From a bacterium (GTDB lineage: Bacteria > Desulfobacterota > DSWW01): a stretch of DNA of 12,675 nucleotides. Location: assembly GCA_040756235.1 (NCBI GenBank), contig JBFLZG010000060.1, forward strand, positions 1 through 12,675. Reading direction: 5' to 3'. Below, one piece after another: positions 1-7,149 of this stretch (position 1 is the first letter of the stretch; each line of letters opens with the position of its first letter). Under the pieces are notes generated by a model. It was not told the origin of the DNA. It made no database searches and saw nothing but the letters and a program-made list of their open reading frames with translations. The position numbers were made by a program, and so were the translations under genes.

Positions 1-128
1 GCGTTGCACTCATCCTTCGTCACTGCGGCGTACTTCTATGTACGCCTCGTTCCTCAGGATTTCGTGCGCCTTGCATCTGGGCATTTTTGAACAGCCTCTG
101 AAATCGAGCCTGTTGGGACAGGCTCTAG
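1..128. repeat. Structured intergenic repeat / MITE-like hairpin element, copy 1 (left part outside the window)
   Basis: 61-97 matches 3010-3046 at 33/37 nt, and 1-11 matches 2925-2935 at 10/11. Internal stems: GCAC/GTGC (6-9/64-67), ATCCT/AGGAT (12-16/56-60), GGCGTAC/GTACGCC (27-33/40-46). Ends in hairpin GAGCCTGT-tggg-ACAGGCTC (106-125) and CTAG (125-128). Confidence 0.8.
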
Positions 129-141
129 CTTAGGACGCAAG

Positions 142-1050
142 GTGACGGCAGGCATGACAGGGGGAACCGAAACGGCGGAGTACGATCCGCCCCGAACCGA
201 TTGCGGGATCTGCGGCTCCCGGCGGATCGCGCTTCACCACAGCGACTTCCGCGGCAACCGGATCTTCCGCTGCCCCGACTGCACGGTCCAGTTCATGAAC
301 CCTGCGTACAGCGACCGCCATCTGGCGCGGTACTATTCGGGGTACGCCAGGGAAGAACCGGATTGGGACGAGCCACTTTCCTATGGCCACCACTTCTACC
401 TGTCTCTGGTCGAGAAGTTCTCTCCGGCCAAGGGCAGGCTGCTGGACGTCGGGTGCGGCAAAGGGCACCTGCTGCTTGCGGCCAGAGAGAGAGGGTGGGA
501 TCCGGTCGGGCTCGAGATCAGCGACGCCTCCGCCCGGCTGGCCGCCGTGAGAACCGGGGTCCGCACGCTCTGCGGGGAGATCCAGAAGATCGACTGGGGA
601 ACCGAAACCTTTGATCTGGTTGCGATGCATCAGGTGTTGGAGCACCTGAAGTCCCCGATCTCCTGCCTGTCGGTCGTCCGGACCCTCCTGAAAGACGGTG
701 GAATCCTCTTGGTCGTCGTGCCGAACGTCCACGCGCGGGCCAACCTCGTCAAGCTCGCTCTCGAGAAGGTCGGCGCCAGGCGAAGGAGAGTGGGGGCCTA
801 TTACGGGACAGAGGACCATCTCTGGTATTACTCCCCTCGCAGTCTGCGGTTTCTGCTCGCAAGGCTCGGCTTCGAGATCCTCCACATGCGTAGCGGCCAC
901 CGGGTCCGGCCCGGCCAGTCCCGCCTGCAGCGGTTCTTCACGCGCAACCTCTCGGACCGGCTGCTCTGGAAGTCGACCTTCCTTGCCATCGCCCGAAAGC
1001 AGGGAGTCGCTTGCGGCAGGCAAAGCTCATTTCGCGCGAAGACTCGATGA
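142..1050 (+). CDS. Class I SAM-dependent methyltransferase with N-terminal CxxC...CxxC putative Zn-binding module
   Basis: Motif I LLDVGCGKG, acidic GLEIS after beta2, FDLVAMHQVLEHL, LKDGGILLVVVPN; N-terminal CGIC...CPDC. Start is GTG142 or ATG154. Confidence 0.9.
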   Translation: MTAGMTGGTETAEYDPPRTDCGICGSRRIALHHSDFRGNRIFRCPDCTVQFMNPAYSDRHLARYYSGYAREEPDWDEPLSYGHHFYLSLVEKFSPAKGRLLDVGCGKGHLLLAARERGWDPVGLEISDASARLAAVRTGVRTLCGEIQKIDWGTETFDLVAMHQVLEHLKSPISCLSVVRTLLKDGGILLVVVPNVHARANLVKLALEKVGARRRRVGAYYGTEDHLWYYSPRSLRFLLARLGFEILHMRSGHRVRPGQSRLQRFFTRNLSDRLLWKSTFLAIARKQGVACGRQSSFRAKTR

Positions 1051-1068
1051 GCATTTGGGAACAGCCAG

Positions 1069-2562
1069 TCAGAGGCCGCGCTCCAGGATGCGCAGGACCG
1101 CCTCCATGTCCAGATGGCCTCGGACCACGGCCTCGAGCCGGTCGAGCTGCTCCTGCTTGAAAGCTCGATAGTCGAACGAGAATGGCCTGGCTTCGAGACC
1201 CTTGCGGGAACGAAGGCCGTTCAGAAAATGGAGACGGAAAGCGTCCGAGTCGAACAGTCCGTGCACGTAGGTGCCCAGGATCCGATCCCCTGCCACCACC
1301 GAGGCGGAACGCGCAGCCCCGGGCTCGAACAGGGGTGAGAGCTCCGACTCCACGATGGTTCGGCCCATGTGGATCTCGTACCCGCAGACCGTTATGCCGC
1401 CGGGAGTGAAGGCGTTCGGGGCCGTGCTGAGCGATACCTGAATGGTCTGCTTTTCGGATGTCATGACGGTGCGCATGGGCACGAGATCCATGCCTCGCAC
1501 CCGGCCCTCCCGGCTCTCGACCCTCTCCGGGTCCTCGATCACCCTCCCCAGCATCTGAAAGCCGCCGCAGATGCCCGCAACCGGGGTCCCGGACTGCACG
1601 CGCCTCAGAACGGCGTCCTCGAGCCCGACCGAGCGGATCCGCAGCAGGTCCTCGATCGTGTTCTTGGTGCCCGGCAGGACGATCAGGTCGGGTCTTCCCA
1701 GACGGTCTGCGCTGCGGACGTAGCGGACCGAGACGTCGGGCTCGCGCGCGAGGGCGAGGAAGTCCGTGAAGTTGGAGATGTGGGGGAAATAGATGACGGC
1801 GATGTCGATCCCCCCCTCCGGACAAGGCGGGCGAAGCGTCTCTACGGGAACCGCGTCCTCTTCATCCAGGTGGATGTCGCGGAAGAAAGGGATCACGCCC
1901 AGCACGGGCAGGCCCACCATCTCCTCGAACATGCGCACACCGCTTTCCAGCAGCGAGAGATCCCCCCGGAACTTGTTGATCAAGAATCCCTTGACGTGGC
2001 GGCGCTCCTCCGGGTCGAGCAGATCGTAAGTGCCCTTCATCCACGCGAACACCCCGCCCCGGTCGATGTCCCCTACGATCAGCACGGGCGCCCGGGCCTC
2101 CCTGGCCATGGCCATGTTCACCATGTCCGCGTGGCGCAGGTTGATCTCGGCCGGGCTTCCGGCGCCCTCGAGCACGATGATCTCGTATTCCGAAGCGAGG
2201 GCCCGGAAGGCTTCCGACATCTGTCGGAACAGCTCGGGCCGGTCCGCGTAATACTTGCCGGCCTCGCGCTCTCCCACGGGACGGCCCATGACGACCACCT
2301 GGGACCTCGTGTCCCCGCTCGGTTTGAGGAGCACCGGGTTCATCTTCACGGTTGGAGCCAGCCCGCACGCCTCGGCCTGCATGACCTGCGCCCGTCCCAT
2401 CTCCAGCCCTTCGGCCGTGACGAAGCTGTTCAGGGCCATGTTCTGAGACTTGAACGGGGCCACCCGGCGGCCGTCCTTCCAGAGGATGCGGCAAAGGGCC
2501 GCCACCAGGACGCTCTTGCCTACGCCGGAGCCGGTCCCCTGCACCATGAGGGTCTTGGCCAT
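1069..2562 (-). CDS. cobQ: Cobyric acid synthase (adenosylcobyric acid synthase, glutamine-hydrolysing)
   Basis: 497 aa. Walker A GTGSGVGKS, PFKSQNMALNS, MNPVLLKP, EGAGSPAEINL, DIDRGGVFA, INKFRGD, HISNFTDF; GATase Cys in GICGGFQMLG; GYEIH; GTYVHGLF. Confidence 0.97.
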   Translation of the reverse strand: MAKTLMVQGTGSGVGKSVLVAALCRILWKDGRRVAPFKSQNMALNSFVTAEGLEMGRAQVMQAEACGLAPTVKMNPVLLKPSGDTRSQVVVMGRPVGEREAGKYYADRPELFRQMSEAFRALASEYEIIVLEGAGSPAEINLRHADMVNMAMAREARAPVLIVGDIDRGGVFAWMKGTYDLLDPEERRHVKGFLINKFRGDLSLLESGVRMFEEMVGLPVLGVIPFFRDIHLDEEDAVPVETLRPPCPEGGIDIAVIYFPHISNFTDFLALAREPDVSVRYVRSADRLGRPDLIVLPGTKNTIEDLLRIRSVGLEDAVLRRVQSGTPVAGICGGFQMLGRVIEDPERVESREGRVRGMDLVPMRTVMTSEKQTIQVSLSTAPNAFTPGGITVCGYEIHMGRTIVESELSPLFEPGAARSASVVAGDRILGTYVHGLFDSDAFRLHFLNGLRSRKGLEARPFSFDYRAFKQEQLDRLEAVVRGHLDMEAVLRILERGL

Positions 2563-2591
2563 TGCGGAATCCCTGTTGAAGAACGCCGTGC

Positions 2592-2620
2592 ATCATAGCC
2601 CCGGGCCATGCCGGAGGCAA
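2592..2620 (-). promoter_or_regulatory. Putative sigma70-type promoter of cobQ
   Basis: Minus strand TTGCCT (2620-2615), 17-nt spacer, TATGAT (2597-2592), about 30 nt upstream of the cobQ ATG in a GC-rich context. Confidence 0.6.
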
Positions 2621-2893
2621 AGCTCCGCTGTGGATGCAATTCGAAGCTGGGGGAGCGGCTGCGGAAGGAGGTGGTGCGGGGCCGGCAGACGGGATGGACC
2701 ACTTCTGCAGGGACAAGGCTGCGAACCAGGGGGGCCGTCGCCGAAGACACTCTTGCCTGGCTCGGCCGCAGCGACCGGGCGTTTCCGCGCGGCCCCCGGC
2801 CCCGCGAGCTTCGCCGTCCTGCCTGCCGGTCCCTCGCACGGCGCCGGGGGCTTTGGGCTTGTGCTGCACAGCGGGCGGTGCTACAGGCCCTAG

Positions 2894-3077
2894 CTAGCAG
2901 GCCGTTGAAAAAGGCCCATCTGCTGCGTTGCGCTCGTTTATCGTTCCCGGCCTTCGCCGGGACAGGCTCCCCGCCCTTCCACCGTTGCGGGAAGCCTCGT
3001 TCCGCAAACTTCGCGCGCCTTGCATCTGGACCTTTTTGAACGGCCTGGACATTGCTGACTTTTTCAACGGGCTCCTA
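2894..3077. mobile_element. Non-autonomous MITE-like hairpin element, copy 2 (complete, about 180 bp)
   Basis: Left end TAGCAGGCCGTTGAAAAAG (2895-2913) vs reverse complement of 3059-3077 (TAGGAGCCCGTTGAAAAAG): 17/19. Inner inverted repeat 2898-2914 vs 3031-3047: 16/17. CTA direct repeat at 2894-2896 and 3075-3077. No transposase ORF. Confidence 0.75.
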
Positions 3078-4592
3078 AAGTTCGAGGACAGGTCCTGTCG
3101 GAGCGGCGCTGACGTCGGTCTTGTGCAGGCTCTTTCCCCCGGGGTCCCGATTCCGCCCGGACTCTGCCCCGCCCACGAGCCCGTTCAGGTCCCGGGCAAG
3201 CTTCATCATGTGCATGGCCTGGGCATCGAGCTCCTGCGCGGCAGAGGCCGACTCCTCGGCGGTCGCAGCGTTCTTCTGGACGACCTTGTCCATCTCGCTG
3301 ATGGCCCGGGTGATCTGCTCGATGCCGTGCGCCTGCTCGCTGGAGGCCGCCGCGATCTCCCCGACCAGGGCGCCGATCTTTTCGGCCCCGTTCGCCACCC
3401 TCGTGAAAGACTCGTTGGTCCTGGAAAGGATGTCGGAGCCGTTCTGGATCTTGCGCACCGTGTCCTCGATCAGGCTCGCCGTGTTCTTGGCCGCATCCGC
3501 CGCCCGCACCGCCAGATTCCGCACCTCGCCCGCGACCACCGCAAAGCCCGCTCCCGCCTCTCCGGCCCGTGCCGCCTCGACGGCCGCGTTCAGCGCCAGC
3601 AGGTTGGTCTGGAAGGCGATGGCGTCGATGGTCTTGATGATCTTGCCGGTCTGCTCGCTGGCGACGGAGATTTCCTGGACGGATCCCGTCAGGGCCGCCA
3701 TGGCGAGATTGGCCTCCCGGACCACCTGGGCGGTATCGCGCATCAGCTGGTCGGCTTGCTGGGCGTTTTCCGCGTTCTTTCGGGTCATGGCCGCCATTTC
3801 CTCGACCGAAGAGGAAGTCTCCTCCAATCCGGCTGCCTGCTCGGTAGTCCCTTGTGCCAGGCTCTGGCTCGCCGACGAGACCTGTCCCGAGGCCGCGGTC
3901 ACCTGCTCGGCACCGGCTGTAAGCCCCTCGACCGTGTGCGAGATCGGGCGGGAGATCGAGCGGGCAAGCAGATAAGAAAGGGCGAGCCCGCCCAGAGTCA
4001 CCGCTGAGATGACCCCGATGACGACGTAGAGCAGCCTGGCCATCTCGCTTCGGACGTCATCCATGTAGATTCCGGAACCGACCACCCAATCCCACTCCGG
4101 GAGCCTCTTGACATAGGAGATCTTCGGAACGGGCGCGGACTCTCCGGGCTTGGGCCACAGGTAATCCACGAACCCCTCGCCCTTCTGCTTGCAGACCTCG
4201 GCCATTTCCACGAACAGCCTCTTGCCCTCGGGATCCTTGTAATCGGTCAGGTCGGTCCCGTCGAGCTCGGGTTTCAGCGGGTGCATCACCATCTTGGGCG
4301 CCATATCGTTGACCCAGAAATACTCTTCCTTGTCGTAGCGCAGGCTCTTGACGACTTCCAAAGCCGTCTGCTGGGCAACCGACTCCGGAGAGCCCTGTTC
4401 GCTGGCAAGCTTCGCGTAGTGGTCGAGAACGCTCCAGGCCGTCTCGACCACCTGAGTCGTCTTCAGGCGCTTGGCCTCGTACATCTTGCTGCCGATCCTC
4501 TGGACGACCCAAGCCAGAGTCAGGGAGAAAGCGATGATCAGCGACACGCCCAGCAAAAGAATCCGCGTCCCGAGCTTGGCACCCTTGAGCAT
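3075..4592 (-). CDS. Methyl-accepting chemotaxis protein with periplasmic single Cache (sCache_2-like) sensor
   Basis: ATG4592 preceded by AGGAGG; 505 aa; two TM helices. Cache motifs [43 protein letters not shown]. Signalling tip [37 protein letters not shown]. Confidence 0.96.
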   Translation of the reverse strand: MLKGAKLGTRILLLGVSLIIAFSLTLAWVVQRIGSKMYEAKRLKTTQVVETAWSVLDHYAKLASEQGSPESVAQQTALEVVKSLRYDKEEYFWVNDMAPKMVMHPLKPELDGTDLTDYKDPEGKRLFVEMAEVCKQKGEGFVDYLWPKPGESAPVPKISYVKRLPEWDWVVGSGIYMDDVRSEMARLLYVVIGVISAVTLGGLALSYLLARSISRPISHTVEGLTAGAEQVTAASGQVSSASQSLAQGTTEQAAGLEETSSSVEEMAAMTRKNAENAQQADQLMRDTAQVVREANLAMAALTGSVQEISVASEQTGKIIKTIDAIAFQTNLLALNAAVEAARAGEAGAGFAVVAGEVRNLAVRAADAAKNTASLIEDTVRKIQNGSDILSRTNESFTRVANGAEKIGALVGEIAAASSEQAHGIEQITRAISEMDKVVQKNAATAEESASAAQELDAQAMHMMKLARDLNGLVGGAESGRNRDPGGKSLHKTDVSAAPTGPVLEL

Positions 4593-4674
4593 GGACGTTC
4601 CTCCTGCGTGCAGGTGTGATCGACAGCTATAACATTTTTGTAGCAACCTCCTAGGTGTTGTTTTACTGCCCTCA

Positions 4675-4701
4675 TATTCGGTTGCCTCTCGCAAAACTTT
4701 A
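4675..4701 (-). promoter_or_regulatory. Putative sigma28 (FliA) promoter of the chemoreceptor gene
   Basis: Minus strand TAAAGTTT-N11-ACCGAATA vs consensus TAAAGTTT-N11-GCCGATAA: exact -35, exact spacing, CCGA core retained; lies upstream of an MCP gene. Confidence 0.75.
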
Positions 4702-4973
4702 ACCATAGCTAAACACTGTTTATGCCTACATTTTTTCCGCTCGTTCAGCTCTCCGCCTGAGGGGATCTTCAGCGAATTTATGCAGCCGCAGAAATGCGCC
4801 GAATGCTGAGCGGTTATTCTTGTGCGTGGACCGGCACCGGGGGGCCGTTCTTGCTCGAGGGGCCCCTGCCCGATCCGCGCCGAGACTCGTGCGCTTCAGG
4901 CCTTTTCATGGGGCTCGGAGGCGGAGAGGGGTCGGGGGCCGCCGCCAGGCTCCGCAGAGAAGAGCTTCGTTCT

Positions 4974-6176
4974 TTACAGCAGCGCGGCGGCCTTGATGAG
5001 CAGCGTTTCGTTCGTGCCGTCCATGATGGGGAGGAGCTTGGCGTCGCGGGCGTATTTCTCGACGGTGTATTCCTTCGAGATGCCGTAGCCCCCGAGGACC
5101 TGGACCATCTCAGCGGTGTGGCGGACCGCCTGCTCGGTGGCGTAGATCTTGGCGGCCAGGCTCGTCTTCAGGTCGCCCGGAAAGCCGGTCTTGCAGAGCC
5201 AGCTCGCCTTCCACAGGAGGGCGCGGGCGGATTCGATGGCGGCAAAGACATCGAACAGCTTCCTGGCCACCAGCTGGTGCTCGGCGATCGGCTTGCCCCA
5301 CTGGACCCGTACCTTGGCGTAGGCGAGGGCGTCTTCGAAGGCGGCGCGCATGAGGCCGAGGGCCAGGTATCCGACGCCGAGGTTCCCGACCGTGATGATG
5401 GCGTTGTGCAGCGCGGGATAAGACTCGTCGGGCGGGAAGATCATCCAGGACTCCGGGATCTCCACGTCCTCGAAGAAGACCGGGGCCTGGTTGAGCGTCC
5501 TCAACCCGATCTTGTCGATCGCGCTGCCCCGTCTCAGGCCCGGTGCGTCTCCGGGCACCACGAAGGCGGCCGAGCCGCGCAGGCCCCTGGACGGGTCCAC
5601 GCAGGCAAAGACGACGAAGACGTCGGCGATCCCCGAGTTCGAGACGAAGTTGGACTTGGTGCCGTTCAGGACGAAGGAGCCTCCTTTGCGGACGGCCCGG
5701 GTCCGGTGGCGGACGTTGGGGTCGTAGTAGTTGCTCCCGTCCGAGCCCAGGTCGGGCTCGCTGCTGCCCCAGGCGCTGATGGTCCTGCCGGTCTCGTCCG
5801 CGGCATAGGGGAGCACGTAACGGTCCACGAGCTCGCGGTTGTGAGGGGCGAGCAGGGCGATGAGCTGGGGCACGACGGTGCCGGCCAGAAGCGAGGCGGT
5901 GAAGCCGGCGCCGCGGCGGGCGAGCTCCTCCCAGATCATCCCGGTCGTGCTCGGATCCAGACCGAGACCTCCGAACGGCTCGGCAAGGCCCATCTTGTGG
6001 AACCCGAGCCGGAAGGCCTTTGCCAGAACCTCCCGGAACAGGCCGCCCCGGAAGACCTCCTCCGGTTCGGCGACCTTGTCCAGGGCGATCTCGGCCGGCC
6101 CGAGCACTTCCCTGCCGAACTCCCGGGCCGTGTCGACGAGCTGCCGCTGCGTCTCGGTCGGTGCGAAGTCGATCAT
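4974..6176 (-). CDS. Acyl-CoA dehydrogenase family flavoprotein (atypical active site)
   Basis: 400 aa. SEPDLGSDG, LNGTKSNFVSNS, KIGLR, YAKVRVQWGKPI, QVLGGYG, EKYARDAK, IMDGTNE. Confidence 0.95.
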   Translation of the reverse strand: MIDFAPTETQRQLVDTAREFGREVLGPAEIALDKVAEPEEVFRGGLFREVLAKAFRLGFHKMGLAEPFGGLGLDPSTTGMIWEELARRGAGFTASLLAGTVVPQLIALLAPHNRELVDRYVLPYAADETGRTISAWGSSEPDLGSDGSNYYDPNVRHRTRAVRKGGSFVLNGTKSNFVSNSGIADVFVVFACVDPSRGLRGSAAFVVPGDAPGLRRGSAIDKIGLRTLNQAPVFFEDVEIPESWMIFPPDESYPALHNAIITVGNLGVGYLALGLMRAAFEDALAYAKVRVQWGKPIAEHQLVARKLFDVFAAIESARALLWKASWLCKTGFPGDLKTSLAAKIYATEQAVRHTAEMVQVLGGYGISKEYTVEKYARDAKLLPIMDGTNETLLIKAAALL

Positions 6177-6189
6177 GATGACGCCCCCC

Positions 6190-6954
6190 TCATTCGCCCG
6201 CGGTGAAATCCGTCACCTTGTAGTAGTGGGGAAGGTATCCTTGGGGGTCGACTTCTCCGAGGATCGTCCCCGGCAGCATCGTGTTGTCGCTCTCCAGGCT
6301 GAAGGCGGCCAGGACCTCAGGTTTCCCGATCTCAGACCAGGGATCGTGCTCGGACGGCCGCAGCGTGAGCTCCGCGGTCCCGATCTCGATGCGCCGGGGC
6401 CGGATCTCGGTCTGCTGCCTGGCGAGCAGGACCGGCCCATCGAACCCGGGGGTCAGGTCGATCTTCGGCATGGCCTTGAAGAGGAAGGTGGGACCCATCG
6501 GCGGCAGCTCCGGTATCGAACCGGACAGGGCGATGGCGATCTCGACGAACCGGATGCCGTACCGCTCGACCCAGCCGCTGACCCGATTCCCCTCCCTTTC
6601 CAGGTGGATGTTCGCGAGCTTCTTGGGGAACCCGAAGACGTCGCGGCCGTTGTGCATCCTGGGCTCGCTCGTGATCGGCATGGAGAGGCAGTAGCTGCCT
6701 GCCTCCGCCTTGTACTTGCAGCGCAGGAAGAGCGCCCCTTCGCGGTAGCCGGGCCCGAGGTTCGTCTTCGGGTAGTCGGCGATGAAGATCAGTCCGCCAG
6801 GCAGGTCCGGCTGCTCCAGGGGAGGCGGCAGGAGCCGGGCGACGACGGCCGGCTCGCTCGAGAACATGACCCCGATCATGCGGGCGCCGGTGAAAGTCCT
6901 CACGCCGAGGCCGTAATATCGCGCCAGCTCCTGGCCGGTCTTCACGAATCCCAT
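6190..6954 (-). CDS. Acetoacetate decarboxylase-like superfamily protein
   Basis: ATG6954 after GAGGGG; 254 aa. RLLPPPLE, GPGYREGALFL, and GRDVFGFPKK containing the Schiff-base Lys. 13-nt gap to the ACAD gene suggests an operon. Confidence 0.9.
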   Translation of the reverse strand: MGFVKTGQELARYYGLGVRTFTGARMIGVMFSSEPAVVARLLPPPLEQPDLPGGLIFIADYPKTNLGPGYREGALFLRCKYKAEAGSYCLSMPITSEPRMHNGRDVFGFPKKLANIHLEREGNRVSGWVERYGIRFVEIAIALSGSIPELPPMGPTFLFKAMPKIDLTPGFDGPVLLARQQTEIRPRRIEIGTAELTLRPSEHDPWSEIGKPEVLAAFSLESDNTMLPGTILGEVDPQGYLPHYYKVTDFTAGE

Positions 6955-7041
6955 GGGAGACCCCTCGGTTGTTGTGAAGTCAGCGCTATGGTTATCAGAA
7001 GGGGGGCCGTCCCTGCAAGCGGGCGATCCCGGACGAGGCGA

Positions 7042-7149
7042 GTCGCCCTCGACCTCGATCGGGAGATCCCCGAGCCGCTCTACAGGGTGATCGCCGAGAT
7101 CTACGCCTTCGTCTACCGCCTGAAGGAGCACGCCGGCTCTCCGCGCTGA
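7042..7149 (+). pseudogene. 3' fragment of an FlhB C-terminal-like (EscU/YscU/HrcU family, FlhX/YlqH-like) gene
   Basis: Translates VALDLDREIPEPLYRVIAEIYAFVYRLKE...stop, resembling the family C-terminus L.l...IP.eLY.avAeiLafvy.L, with GC3-rich codons. The AVAL.Y / AP.V.AKG N-terminal half is absent. Confidence 0.7.

Noticed and set aside
142..1050. Methyltransferase as a cobalamin-pathway or DNA (restriction-modification) methylase
   Set aside because: Class I small-molecule MTase motifs, opposite strand to cobQ; no tetrapyrrole-methylase GxGPG, no DPPY/NPPY or PC motif.
2672..2705. TGGTGCGGG... resembling the reverse complement of a tRNA 3' end
   Set aside because: No T-loop (GTTCRA) at the right distance and no cloverleaf.
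2563..2890. Cobalamin riboswitch upstream of cobQ
   Set aside because: No recognisable GGGAA / GCCACTG / AGYCAGRAnACCTGCC elements on the minus strand, and a candidate promoter lies close to the start codon.
2608..3039. ORFs 2608-3039 (+), 2634-2897 (+) and 2520-2750 (-)
   Set aside because: Low-complexity Arg/Gly/Pro/Ala translations with no motif; one runs through the repeat element.
4593..4800. c-di-GMP riboswitch upstream of the MCP, and the 38-aa N-terminal ORF extension to 4706
   Set aside because: No GEMM-type GGCAAAC..GAAA..GACGCAAA pattern. The extension overlaps the sigma28 promoter, and the strong RBS points to ATG4592.
4830..4925. GC-rich imperfect hairpins downstream of the ACAD as a terminator
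   Set aside because: Stems are interrupted and lack a clear U-tract on the minus strand; expected by chance at this GC content.
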